Below are positions 12,443-26,593 of a DNA stretch of 64,000 nt, piece by piece; position 1 is the first letter of the stretch, and each line of letters starts with the position of its first letter. The notes under the pieces are model-generated. The model did no database searches and was not told where the DNA came from. It was given only the letters and a program-made list of their open reading frames with translations. This DNA comes from Octopus sinensis (lineage: Eukaryota). Location of the stretch: assembly GCF_006345805.1 (NCBI RefSeq), contig NC_042997.1, positions 156,178,001 to 156,242,000 on the forward strand, given 5' to 3'. The position numbers and the translations under genes are program-made.

Positions 12443-14199
12443 TTAAAGGATTGGAATTGATGTAATTGACTTTTCACATTGCCCTTGAATCTTGCAATGG
12501 ACCAGTATCCTCTCCAGAGCGAATATTGTGACTCCAGTCACTTACATGCCATGCAAACTGTAAAACCAACTTTATGAGTCCTATGGCTCAAGTAAAGGAA
12601 AAACATATTGTACAGCTCATAAACTCTCCACATTCTTGAATGAGCAGCCCTTCAAAAGCAACATTTAATAATTTAAACAAATAGGAAAACTGTCACAATT
12701 TTTCACCAGTTATGCTTTAGTCAAGTGGTTTAGCTACACAAAGAGTAAAGTGCACTGCAAATTTAGCCAAATTCACATCGGAAATTTTTACTTGTTGACT
12801 TCTAAGTACTTCCAGCCCATTCCAGAATTCAGTAATTAATGTTCCCATTGTAATGACACTATTAACAATGAACCAATGAGAAAACATCTACATAGGCATT
12901 AGAGCTGCTTCTATAGCAGCCAAATCTCCATGAAATCATACCCTAACATTGTGAAAAAGGAAGGACATAGAGGATTATGCTGTCCTAGATACTAAATGAC
13001 TGGAATGCTTTTCATCGTAAATATGCTTGATTAGGGTTGACCTGGGGCTAAATAAATATAACATTAATATCATTAATACCATTAATATCATTAATATCAT
13101 TAATATATAGGTTTCAAATTTTGGCAGAAGGCCAGCAATTTTGAGGGAGAGGCTAAGTTGATTAAATCAACCCCAGTGCTCTCTCTACTGGTAATTATTT
13201 CATCTACCCTGAAAGGATGAAAGGCAAAGTTAACCTAGGCAACATTTGAAATCAAACATTGCAGGAACTGCTGCCAAGCTCTTTGCTTGATATGGTAACA
13301 ATTTTGCCAGCTCACCACCTTAACAGTACCAATAATAATAGTATTAATCTGAAAGTCTTTCTTGTTAATGTAATATTAATATGAGATATTAATATAATAT
13401 AATATTAATCAATATAATTTTTAAATTCAAAGTCTGTTTCTTGTATTGTGCTCTTTAATTTTAGACTAAACTAAGAATTGTCACAATAAAATACTTTGTG
13501 GAAATAATTGTGGACTCAATTATGAACATAAGATTTTGTGTCAGAAGTGAAAAAAATGGAAAAGAATCTGACCCCTAGAGGCCTCAAAACAGAAAAATTT
13601 TGTTCATTATTATACCAACATATTTACAAGACTTTGTTGCCATTGCTCATAATAAAGAAAATTTAAAGAACACAAACACACATACATACTTTCATACATG
13701 CATACACAGATAGAAATACACACACACACACACATTCATGCATACATTATCATCATCATTTAACGTCCATTGTCCATGCTGGCATGGTTTGGATAGTTTC
13801 ACCAGATCTGGCAAGCTGGGGAGCTGTGCCAGACTCTAGTCTGATTTGACATGGTTTCCATAGCTAGATGCTCTTTCTAACACCAACCACTTTACAGAGT
13901 ATGCTGGGTGCTTTTATGCAGCACCACACAGGCGCTTTTATGTGGCATTGCACAGGTGTTTTCACATAGCACCACCACAAGTACATTTTATGTGATAACA
14001 TCACAGAACTCTTCCAGGTCAATCCTCACCACCAGGGAGACCAGTCTTAACACACACACACACACTTCTAATGAGTGCATGTTATTAGGAAAGGAAACTG
14101 AAAGCACTATATATTTCAAAGATTTATATATAGAAAAATGGTTTTTAAATTTGTAAAATTAGTTTATTGGAAAATACTAGGTTGTGGGCTTAGAGAAAA

Positions 14200-15345
14200 A
14201 ATAGAGGTCTTCTTGAGTACAGCAATGTGCCAGGCATCTCGGTCCTTTGTCATCTCACTTGAAAGGTTCAGCATTCTGAGGTCATTCTTCAGTACTTCAT
14301 CCCATGTCTTCCTGGGTCCCCCACTTCCACGTGTTCCATCTACTTTTAAAGATTGGCACTTCTTTATGGAGCTGTTGGCATCCGTCTGCATCACATGACT
14401 AAACCAGCACAGTCTTCTTTCTTGCACACAGCAACCAATTCCACTTATGCCAAACTTCTCTCTCAAAGCACTAGCACTCTAATGAACATGTACATTTACA
14501 TTACACATCCAACAGAGCACACTAACCACATTCCTTTCTAATCTTTGCATGTCCTTTGCATTCATAACCCATGCCTCACTATCACGTAGAATTGTTGTCC
14601 GTATACATGCATCATGCAATCTTCCTTCACCCAGAGGCAGAAACCTTTTGTCACCAACAAAGTAACAGTTCTCTGAATTTCCTCCATCCTATTCTTATTC
14701 TAGCTATCACACTCTCTGTGCATTCCCCTCACAACTACTTTGCTCTCCTAGGTAGAAAAATTATCTACTACCTCTAATGAACCCCCAGGGCATTTGAAAG
14801 AATCAATTTCCCAAGTTTCTATAATTTTTATGGATCCTGTGCATCTTCCACACACGAACACTACATTCTCTGATAGTCTTCCTATTAATCTACTGCACCT
14901 TTTGTGTGTCCAAAGCTTACACTGGGTACATTGTATGGAGTTTCTGCCTACACCTTTCTTGCAAATTGAACAGGGCCACCTACCAGGTTGTGGGTAGGGT
15001 CCTTTCAGTTTTCTTGCTTACATTAGTCTTGGCTTAGTTAGCCTTAAGGTCCTTAGATTCCAGGTTTTGCTTCCACACCTGGAATTTTTCTTCTAGTTCT
15101 GTTATGGAATCTGTTATGAGGGGAAAATCATAAGCATACAGTAGTTCTCAATGGTTGCTACTCTGGAATTCCTCTGTTATGGCCTGGAGGAGAATGATGA
15201 AAAGGAGGGGACTAAGGATTGAACCTTGATGAACCCCTACTTGTACACAATATTCTTTGCTGTACTTGGGATTAGCTCTCAATTTACTGAGAGCATCTTT
15301 GTACATGGCCTGTACAGCTTTCACCAGCCACTCTTCTATAGACAG
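14200..15345 (-). mobile_element. 5'-truncated RTE-clade LINE (RT domain to 3' end), decayed
   Basis: GVHQGSILSPLLFIIILQAITEEF, YAYD (from YADD), ERRLCWFSHV, GTRGSGGPRKTWDEVLKNDL. Confidence 0.85.
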
Positions 15346-16034
15346 ACACAGAGAAAATCATTTGTAACAAAGATCCTCAATAGAAATTGAATACATACAC
15401 ATACACAAATTATCACACACACACACACACACACGTACACACATGCGAGTGCGCACGCACACACTTTTAATGAATGCATGTTATTAGGAAAGGAAAATGA
15501 AAGTACCATATTGTCCAAAGATTTATATATATAAAAAAAATGAACAAGAATTTTCATCTGTTTACGCATAACTACTGTTTTTTTAAAAGAATTTTATGCA
15601 CTTTCATGAATTATGAATGAAATTTAGTTTACATATATTTCTATGTTTCTATTCTTCTCTCAGTGTCCAGCACCAGACACTGCCTCATCACTATATTTAT
15701 CTCTTCTTAGCTTCACTCAATTACTCCAGACTATCTTCTAAAATGTGAGTGACCATGGAGCTCCTCTACAGCAACAAACCTCTTCTGCTTTGGCACCTTC
15801 CTTCATACTTTAACCCCTCATCTCCTTGGACAAAACTGTCTTTCTCACATTGTATAGTGACCTCAGGAGTACTACTGGTACAAAGAAAGTATATTGTATA
15901 ATTTGTAAATTGATTGGCATTAGAAAGGACATTCAGCCATAGGAAACATACCAAAGTAGGCATTGGAGAACAATGCAGTCCATATTGTTTCTAATTTAGG
16001 CACAGGACCCACAGTTTGAGAGGAGAAACTAGTT

Positions 16035-16440
16035 AATGTGGCGAGCTGGCATAAACATTAGCATGCCGGGCGAAATTCTTAGCGGTATTTCATCTGCCGT
16101 TACGTTCTAAGTTCAAATTCCGCCGAGGTCGACTTTGCCTTTCATCCTTTCGGGGTCGATAAATTAAGTACCAGTTACACACTGGGGTCGATGTAATCGA
16201 CTTAATCCGTTTGTCTGTCCTTGTTTGTCCCCTCTGTGTTTAGCCCCTTGTGGGTAGTAAAGAAATAGGTATTTCATCTGTTGCTACATTCTGAGTTCAA
16301 ATTCTGCCGAGGTCGACTTTGCCTTTCATCCTTTCGGGGTCAATAAATTAAGTACCAGTTATGCACTGGGATCGATGTAATCGACTTAATCCCTTTGTCT
16401 GTCCTTGTGTTTAGCCCCTTGTGGGCAATAAAGAAAAAAG
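16035..16440 (+). mobile_element. Tandem pair of SINE family B copies (ggcgagctggc...ggtcgactttgcctttcatcctttcggggtcg...)
   Basis: Near-consensus copies of a family present dozens of times in the window. Confidence 0.85.
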
Positions 16441-19171
16441 AAACTAGTTAATTGCCTCAACCTTCAGTACTTGACCAGTATTTTATTTCATTGAACCTCA
16501 AAGGATGAAGGACAAAGTTGACTTCAGCAGGACTTGAACTTAGGAAGTAAAGCAGAAAAATACTGCAAAGCAATTTTGTTCAGCGCTCAAACAATACTGC
16601 CAATCCACCACTCATATTAATTCTTTCTACTATAGGCAAAATATCTGAAATTTTGGGAAAGTGTCTAGTCAATTACACTGACCCCAGCACTTGACTGGTA
16701 TTTATTTTATTGACACTGAAAGGATGAAAGGCAAAGTTGACCTTGGTGGAATTTGAACTCAGAGTGTAAAGCTGGAATAAATAGCACTAAGCATTTTCTC
16801 TGGCATTCTTACAATCCTGCCAGCTTGTTGCCTTAAAACTACTCTTGATAATATATAATTATATTCTTTTCTACTCTAGACAGAAGGCCCAAAATTTTGG
16901 GGAAGGGGGCCAGTCGATTAGATTGACCCCAGTATGCAACTGGTACTTAATTTATCGATCCCAAAAGGATGAAATGCAAAGTCGACCACAGTGGAATTTG
17001 AACTCAGAATGTAAAGACAGATGAAATACTTCTAAGCATTTCGCCCGATGTGCTAATGTTTCTGCCAGCTTGTTGCCTTGAACAACGTATAATTATAGTT
17101 ATAATAAATTTGCCAAGCTGCATCTCAGAAAAGTAAGTGACTAATGGCATTATGGTAGGCAAGTATAAGACTTCTGGGTTTATTAAATATTCCAAATCTA
17201 TAGCAGTTATCTTTATAAGCATAAATAAAATTGGAAACTCAAAATAGCAAAAGACTTAGGTCTTAGCTTTGAATAAATGAATAAACTCTGCTATACATAT
17301 TGAATATTTTTTCCCTTCATTATACAACCCCATCACACACACACACATATATATATACACACACGCACACATATATACATATATATTACATATATATATG
17401 TGTGTGTATATATGATGATATATATATATATATATACATACATATATGTATATGTACACATACACATATATTTATACATACATGTAATAGGCCTACACAT
17501 GCACAAATATCCTTTAGATTTATACCATCTGTTTGTGAAGTTCACAGAAAAGATTTACACTGTTATGAAAAATGAATTCACATAAAAGAATTATAATGAT
17601 TCATTGGAAACTTATACAATATTTTTAAACAGTATTCAAAATATCTTTTGTCTATTATAAAACTGAAAAACTTTCTCAGCTTGATTTTAATAATTTTACT
17701 ATGCTTTTTGTAAAACAGATAATATCTAACAATATTTTAGAAATTTCTGCCAACTTATAAAACTCATTTTCCCTATCCCATTAAACTTCCTTAGGGAGTT
17801 TATTTCTAATGAATATGTCTTTAAGACCTATTGAGTCAAGTACGTCAACACCAACATCAAAATAAAAATCAAATGGAAATTGTAGTTAAGATACCCATGC
17901 CAGCGACATGTAAAAAGCACTGTCCGAACGTGGCAGATGCCAGCGCCACCTGACTGGCGTCCGTGTTGGTGACATGTAAAAGCACCAACCAATCATGGCA
18001 GTTTGCCAGCCTCCCCTGGCCCCTGTGCCGGTGGCATGTAAGAAGCAGCCACTACACTCACAGAGTGGTTGACGTTAGGAAGGGCATCCAGTTGTAGAAA
18101 CACTGCTAGATCAGACTGGAGCCTGGTGCAGCCTCCTGGCCTCCCAGACCCCGGCCAAACTGTCCAACCCATGCTAGCATGGAAAGCGGATGTTAAACGA
18201 TGATGATGATAGTGAATCAATGTCCAGTTCTCTTCAAATGAGGGTGTTATTAGCAGTAGTTCCTTGAAATTCTGAGCAATGGCCCTTCTTCCATGCATAG
18301 GATGTTGGCAAAACATCTCAATTTCTGCCAAGAATCCTATTTCAGTTCTTACATTGTTTTTGGAGTAGGATACTTAATATGTCATGAAGGCATGTGGCTT
18401 AGTGGTTAGGATATTTGGTTCACAATCATAAGGTCATGAGTTCAATACCCAGTGGTGCATTGTGTCCTTGAGCAAGACACGTTGTTTTTTGTTGCTCCAG
18501 TCAACTCAGCTGGCAAAAATAAGTTGTACCTGTATTTTAATGGGTCAGCCTTGTCACACTCTGTGTCATGCTGAATCTTCCTGAGAACTACCTTAAGGGT
18601 AAGCGTGTTAGGGGAGTGTTCGACCACTTGTACATTAATTTCATGAGTAGACTGTTCTGGTGATCAGATCAACTGGAACCCTGCATATCAGCTTCAGTGG
18701 GTCTATAATAGTTAACAGTACAGGCCCTATCTTCTGAATGCATTATATCTCACCCACACCCTTCATCATCATCACCATCATCATCATCATCGTCGTCATC
18801 GCCACTGCTGCCGCTGTCACCACTACCACCACCTCCACCACCACCGCTGCCATGATGACGACGACGACCACCACCACCATCATCATCATTTAACATTCGT
18901 TTCCCATGCTGGTATGAGTTGGATGGTTGGACAGGAGATGGCAAACAGGAGGGTTGCTGTAGGCTCCAGTTGTCTACTTTGGCATGGTTCTACAGCTGAA
19001 TGCCCTTCCTAATGCCAACCACTTTATAGAGTGTACTGAGTACTTCTTACATAGCACCAGCAAAAGAAATAAGGTTTCTAAGTAAGACCACTGAGCAAAT
19101 AAAGTGGTCAAATACTTGCCTGAGAAAACAACAAAAAAGAAAAGAAACAATAATGTGATTATTGTGTTAAG

Positions 19172-19234
19172 CTTTTGTAAATCAAATACCATGTTTGGCA
19201 ACAATAATGGGCATGATGAAGACTTAACAGTAAG
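19172..19234 (+). other. Candidate micro-exon (FCKSNTMFGNNNGHDEDLTV) with consensus donor AG|GTAAGT
   Basis: Open frame and perfect donor, but a weak acceptor (tgtgttaag) and no recognised homology. Confidence 0.2.
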
Positions 19235-19299
19235 GTAAGTGCTTTTCATGTAAGGTAAGTGCTTTTCATGCTTTTATTTATGTATGGATGGATAAGAAC

Positions 19300-19450
19300 A
19301 GCTGCATATAGAAGTACTGAGCTTTAATTGTGGAGGGTACCTTGGAAGGGGTGGACCCAGGAAAACAAAGTGGAGAGAAAGGATCTTTGAACACTGGGCC
19401 TCGCTGAGGAAATGATAAGGGATCAGGAGATGCAGCAATCTGCTGTATTT
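19300..19450 (+). mobile_element. RTE LINE 3'-end fragment
   Basis: gtggagggtaccttggaaggggtggacccaggaaaaca is homologous to the GTRGxGRPRKTW region at ~14310-14340. Confidence 0.65.
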
Positions 19451-20055
19451 AATAAGGCATGCCACGCTAAGTAAAATTGTTGTTTTTCATACATATAGGC
19501 TTATCCTTTCGGGTGCCAGTGCCACTTAAAAGGCACCTGTGCCTGTGCTGTGTAAATGCACCTGTGCTGGTGGCACATAAAAAGCACCCAGAACACTCTG
19601 TTAAGTTGTTGGCATTAGGAAGAGCATCAAGCCATAGAAACCATTCTGCAACAGACGTTTGGAGTCTGGACAACTCCCTGCTAGCCAGTACCATATCAAA
19701 CTGCCCAACTCATGCCAGCATGAAGAATGGACATTAAATGATGATGATGACAGGCAACTCTAAGTGGTTAAGGATTTCCTTTTGCGATATTTCAGTTGCA
19801 ATCTCACTGAGGCAAATGTCTCCTACCATATCTCTCCATTTATCAAACTCCTGTGGATGGTATTTGGTAGAAGGAAACTGCGATGAAGCTTGTTGACATT
19901 CAGACAGTTTTGTCTGCAAAATTTGCATCACAGTTTCCATCAATGAATCTGAGCTGCGATGTAAAAAATGTTCTATTTAGCTATATACAATGGAGGGAAG
20001 TAAATACAATTAGTCATCTCTAACAATGCTTCACCAATTCTGCTAATCTCTGGAT

Positions 20056-21670
20056 CATCATCATCATCAACATCATCACCATCACCATCACCATTATCAT
20101 CATCGCTGCTGCTGCTGCTGCCGCCGCCGCCACCACCGCCACTGCCGCCACTACCACCACCACCACCATCATCATATAATGCCTGTTTTCCATGCTGGCA
20201 TAGTTTACTGGTTTAACAGGATCAAACAAGTATCAGGCTCCAATGTCAGCTTTGGCATGGAATCTTAAGCTGGATGCCCTTCCTAACACCAACCACTTTA
20301 CAGTATGTGCTGGGTGCTTTTTGTGTGACACTGGTACTAATGAGATTGTCAAGTAACTGGCAAGATAAAGAAAAGGAAGGAAAAGAAAAAAGCCTTTTCA
20401 ACTGAGTGGCAGCGAATTTGAGAGAGAGGTGGAGTAGTTTTATGCTAGGTGTTGATGGCCAAAGTATGATAGATGGACAGTCAGATGTGTCTTGTATGAA
20501 CTCTATATTTCACTACCCCTGTCCTGAAGTCATCTAGACTTCAGGACAGGGGTTGTTCCATAATATAAAGCATTACTATTTACACCATTGTTGTTATCAT
20601 TACACATTCTTTTATTTTGCTATGATTTGGTATTTCCAGAACAGTTACATTTCCCCATGTTCTTTCCATTAAGTGCAGGTATGGCTTGTCCTTAAGAAGC
20701 TCACTTTGCAGCCATGTGATTTCAGGTTCAGTTCCACCACATGACACCTTGGACAAGTGCCTTCTACTATAACCCTAGGTTGATCAATGCCTTATGAGTG
20801 AATTTAGTACATGGAAACAGTGTAGAACCCTACCATATATCCTCCTCCTCCTCCTCATCATCATCATCAACATCATCACCATCACCATCACCATTATCAT
20901 CATCGCTGCTGCTGCTGCTGCCGCCGCCGCCACCACCGCCACTGCCGCCACTACCACCACCACCATCATCATATAATGCCTGTTTTCCATGCTGGCATAG
21001 TTTACTGGTTTAACAGGATCAAACAAGTATCAGGCTCCAATGTCAGCTTTGGCATGGAATCTTAAGCTGGATGCCCTTCCTAACACCAACCACTTTACAG
21101 TATGTGCTGGGTGCTTTTTGTGTGACACTGGTACTAATGAGATTGTCAAGTAACTGGCAAGATAAAGAAAAGGAAGGAAAAGAAAAAAGCCTTTTCAACT
21201 GAGTGGCAGCGAATTTGAGAGAGAGGTGGAGTAGTTTTATGCTAGGTGTTGATGGCCAAAGTATGATAGATGGACAGTCAGATGTGTCTTGTATGAACTC
21301 TATATTTCACTACCCCTGTCCTGAAGTCATCTAGACTTCAGGACAGGGGTTGTTCCATAATATAAAGCATTACTATTTACACCATTGTTGTTATCATTAC
21401 ACATTCTTTTATTTTGCTATGATTTGGTATTTCCAGAACAGTTACATTTCCCCATGTTCTTTCCATTAAGTGCAGGTATGGCTTGTCCTTAAGAAGCTCA
21501 CTTTGCAGCCATGTGATTTCAGGTTCAGTTCCACCACATGACACCTTGGACAAGTGCCTTCTACTATAACCCTAGGTTGATCAATGCCTTATGAGTGAAT
21601 TTAGTACATGGAAACAGTGTAGAACCCTACCATATATCCTCCTCCTCCTCCTCATCATCATCATCAACAT
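20056..21670 (+). repeat. Near-identical ~800-bp tandem duplication (period 800/797) with breakpoints in (CAT)n tracts
   Basis: atcaaacaag at 20221 and 21018; atgagtgaatttag at 20794 and 21591; the only difference seen is one CCA repeat unit. Confidence 0.95.
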
Positions 21671-22964
21671 CATCATCATCATCATCATTTAACATTCATT
21701 GTCCATGCGGGCATGGGTTGGAGAGTTTGAGCAGGGCTGGTAAGGTGGGGGGCTGGAGCACCGCATTTAGTCAAACAAATCGACCCCAGGACTTATTCTT
21801 TGTAAGCCTAGTACTTGTTCGATTGGTTTCTTTTGCTGAACCTCTAAGTTACAGGGACATAAACACACCAGCGTCGGTTGTCAAGTGATAGTGGGGGGAA
21901 CAAACACAGTCACACAGACACACACACACATGCATGCACATACACACATACACACACACACCACACACACACACACACACACATGATGGGCTTCTTTCAA
22001 TTTCCGTCTACCAAATCCACTCACAAGGTTTTGGTCAGCCTGAGGCTATAGTAGCAGACACTTGCCCAAGGTGCCATGCAGTGGGACTGAACCCAGAACC
22101 ATATGGTTGGTAAGCAAGCTACTTATTTCTTTATTGCCCACAGAGGGCTAAACATAGAGAGGACAAACAAGGACAAACAAACAGATTAAGTCAATTACAT
22201 CGACCCCAGTGCGTAGCTGGTACTTAATTTATCAACCCCAAAAGGACAAAAGGCAAAGTCGACCTCGGCAGAATTTGAACTCAGAACATAATGACAGACA
22301 AAATACTGCGAAGCATTTTGGCCATGTGTGCTAACGTTTCTACCAGCTTACCATATGGCATGCTACTTACCATACAGCCACTCCTGTGCCTATATATATT
22401 CTAATCTGAGGAAAAATATTTTCAGAGACATAAAATATCAAAATTTCTAAATCAAAGAATGAATTAAAGAACAAGAGAAACTTAGCCAGAAAGAATGGTA
22501 TTTAATTTTTCTAAGCTGATTTATCCAGGCCAGGATTCTACTAAGAAGATCTTTTTGTAGTTTAGATTCATTAAGCAGCAGAGAGAGCAAAACAGCTGTT
22601 ACCAGTCCTTATTATTACCATTATTGATTCGATGCTATAAACTGTAAGCCTTGAGTTTAGGAAAAGAAATAATCATTGCTGTTGTGAACATAGCTTCGGA
22701 ATTTATGCCAGCTTTGTTCTCATCAATGCACTGATTCTTCTTGTTTCTCTGTGCGTGTGTGCTAATGTTACAGATGTTATCACTGCTATTGCATTTGTTT
22801 TGTTAGTGTTGCTGTTGTTTAGTCACAGGTCAGCACTCACTGATCAATCAGACCTATGATCAAAAGCATTCCAGCCATGACTATCCCATATTTTCTAAAT
22901 GTTCCAAGAACTACATTATTTAATGTATTGTTATTGTAGTTCAAGTGAATAGAGTATGATTTAA

Positions 22965-23183
22965 CCCTTTTGTGCTGTATTTATTTTGAGATGCTCTGTG
23001 TTTCTCTCAATTATTTTAAATATAACAAAGGATTTAGTAAAATAACTTAGTTATCATTCAGCTAGTGTTAGGAACATAAATTGTGAGTAAGGTTTGGTGG
23101 AAGATTTTAATTCAAAACTTATGAAAACAAGACATTTGTACGCAGAGCCAGGGCCGGTTTCAGCCAGGTTGGTAACGTAAGGG
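22965..23183. mobile_element. piggyBac-type MITE (copy 2)
   Basis: TTAA|ccctt...aaggg|TTAA; homologous to 12223-12442. Confidence 0.8.
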
Positions 23184-23635
23184 TTAAATAAGATTTAGCA
23201 GCTATTTCTTGCCTGTTGAGAGGTGACACATAGGCTCCATTGCTTGCTGCTGTTGTTTTTGACTGTTCTTCTAGTCACTATAGCTATAAATGACTAATGT
23301 ACCTAATAGCTAAACAAAACTTAGTTTCTGCTCCAAAAAGTTAATTAGCTATTTGATATCTCCATCATCATAGCATACTACTTAGACTAATTACACTTGG
23401 TGGACATCAAACTGACTAATTATATAGTTAGGTTATAGTATCAGTTATTTGTAATGGATTCAATATATAAACTAGAAAGTTCTTCTTAGATACTGCAAAA
23501 TATTAGTCAAACTCGAAGATTATAATCAGCAACAACTGCATATGTGGTTAGCATTGCCATAGAAGTTCCAAAGACAAATCAATGTTATCAGTCTCCTATT
23601 TTGGACACAAGTTTCGATCTCATTTACGGGCATTG

Positions 23636-23774
23636 TGTAGTGGTAGTAGTGGTGGTAGTGGTGGTAATAATGTTAGTATTAGTGGTGTTGTTGTTGTTGG
23701 TAGCAGCAGCAGCGGTGGTGGTGGTAGTAGTAGTAGTAGTAGTGGTAGTAGTAGTAGTGGTGGTGGTGGTGGTG

Positions 23775-23841
<67 letters not shown>

Positions 23842-23849
23842 CGGCAGCG

Positions 23850-23883
<34 letters not shown>

Positions 23884-23906
23884 CAGTAGCAGTAGTAGTA
23901 GTAGTA

Positions 23907-23946
<40 letters not shown>

Positions 23947-23966
23947 AAGTAGTAGTAGTAGTAGTA
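23636..23966 (+). repeat. Compound (GTA)/(GTG)/(GCA) trinucleotide microsatellite
   Basis: Direct reading; explains the poly-V and poly-S pseudo-ORFs. Confidence 0.95.
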
Positions 23967-25576
23967 GGTTTAGTTTTGGGTCTGCTCTGATCAGAAGGCT
24001 TTATGGCTACAATGAATTCATCCTTTATTCAGATATTGTATATCTAGGACTACGTTAACCAGGGCAGGCTTTCGTGTATTTTTTTTTTTCATAAAATTGG
24101 AGAAGTGCGGTGTGTGAAAGATTATGGCTGGTATTTTCCAACAGGTTGAGGGACAGTGTAAACGCTGGACATGAAGGGCTACATGTTCCAACATGTAAAG
24201 CACACAAACAAATGATCTTACAATCACATCTCATGTCACCGGTGCTCTCATCACCATCATCATCATCATCATTTTCCATGCTGGCATGGGTTGGATGGTT
24301 TGACCAGAGCTGGCGAGCTGGAGAGTTGCACCAAATTCTAGTCTGATTTGGCTTTGTTTCTATTGCTGGATGACATTCCTAATGCTAACCACTCTATGGT
24401 GTATGCTGGGTGCTTTTAATGTGTTACCACATGAGTTCCCATACTTGGCACCAGTACAAGTGCTGTTTTACGTGGCACTGGCACACAACTCTTGCAGATC
24501 AATCCTCTTCATTAGGGGCCTTAACACTTCTACTGTGGAATCTTCTTTTACTTGTTTCAGTCATTTTGGAGAAACCTAGTACGTAGTTTTATAAGTATGG
24601 AATTTATTCTATCAATCTCTCGCCAAACTACTAAGTTATGGGGACATAAATAAACCAGCACTGGTTGACAACGGGTGGTAGGAAACAAACAAAACACAAG
24701 CACACACACACACATGACAGGTTTCTCATAGATTCCATCTACCAAATTCTCTCACAAGGCAATGATTGGCCTGGGCTCATAGTAGAAGCCTCTTGCCCAA
24801 AGTACTGCACAATGGGACTGAACCTAAAACTACATGGTTGTAAATCAAGCTTCTTAACGCACAGCCACTTTCTATATATACATTTTCTTATACATACACA
24901 CAATGTATTGAAAACAACATAAATGCATTCTAGTTTTTATCTTATATTAAGGTTTTCATACTTTCTCATAAGTTTGTTTTTAAAGTTCCCTTTAACAGCA
25001 AAGAACTCATAAAAAATATTTTTTGAATAATAATACAAAAACTAGAAAAAAAATCATGATTTTATATAATATGTTTAAAAGAAAAGCCATTACATTCTAG
25101 AATACATACCAAAATAAATACCAATACACACACACGTATATATACACTCACCACTATATACATGTGTGTGTGTTCGCGTGAATACACATACATACATATT
25201 ACATGCGTATAAACAAATACTGCATAGAATAAATTGTATTCATTATTACACAAAAGCAGTGATTTATCTGATACTAACCTGTCAGAATTAAAAACAAAAA
25301 AATTTAACATAAAAAACAAAAACTGGCCAATATAGTAGTTTCTAGATCAAATCACCTAGAATAACACAGATCTAAAAGCCATGTTCTAACTAGAATACTG
25401 TATCCAATAGTTAAACCATATTCTGTGCTGAAAGATAGTGCTGTTCTTATCTTACAATGGAATAGTTAATGTTAGGAAAGGCATCCAGCTGTAAAACAGT
25501 AATACTTGTCATTGTCTAAATTTACAGATCCATCCAACTAAAATGAAAAAGAGCAGTAAAAATAACAAAAACATAT

Positions 25577-25618
<42 letters not shown>

Positions 25619-25849
25619 TATATGAGTAGTTAACTGCTAACTTCCATGAAGAAGACATTTTAAAAATTTATTTCTATCTTAATATCATGGTATTTAATGA
25701 TATAAGAGAAAAAAGCTAAAAGATACAAAAATAAAACAGATTCTATTTATTGCATAGAACACTTGAAATAATAGAATAAGACCAAAGTAAGATGATTTTG
25801 ATAACGTGGCAGAGGCAAAAAAACCTTTCATCAGATTAATGTACAGTTT

Positions 25850-26590
25850 CAAGTGTTACATGCCAAAAGAAGGATCCATAAAGTCTGTTGTGCCAAAAGA
25901 AGAAAAGGTTAGCAGTAAATAAGAAAGAAAAAAATATCTTAATGTGATTGTTGATGGAACAGAAAAAAGTTGCAGTGCAAGCTGTTGGATGAGACAAAAC
26001 TGAACTTGATTGGATAAGCAGTGGAATGTGAATGAGGAGCTATTTAGGTAAAGGCTGTTGTGGAAGTTGTAAAATAGCAGCATGGGACTATGAAAGAGTC
26101 TGATGGAAGGAAATGTTTTATTTAGTACTGTAGAATTGGAAGAGGAAATGTAGATTTCTATTAAAAAAAGTGAGTTTCTTCAATAGCCTATCATGAAATT
26201 TGAAAATACTAAAATCTTTGGAGTTGGATTGCTCTGAGTTACGAAGGGAAAAAAACTGAATTGGAATTCAATGATTTTACTAAGAGAAATGTATCAAAAG
26301 TGTGGGAAAGTTGCAAAAGAAAATTCCAAGAAAATATTTATTTCAGATGCCACTCAGGAAGGGATGTAAAAGATAAATCTTTTATTCTTTTGTGAGTTTT
26401 GTACAGACAGATTTTTATTTATGAAGGCTGACCTCAGGATAAGAGCTAGACGAAGTGAGAGCTGCAAGACTTTCTGGAGAAGAAATGTATGAAAGCTGAA
26501 AGACCTCTCAGCTAGACACAGGTTCAAAGAAGTACTAGTTGATGCATATGATGTGAAGGAGGATGCAGAGACAACCTGGAATTTCTACAT
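25850..26590 (-). mobile_element. Very decayed LINE remnant (CR1/Jockey group, EN-RT linker)
   Basis: Broken minus-strand peptides SPESLAAL, SAFINKNLS and WHLK..NF resemble this region of such LINEs. Confidence 0.35.
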
Positions 26591-26593
26591 GTG

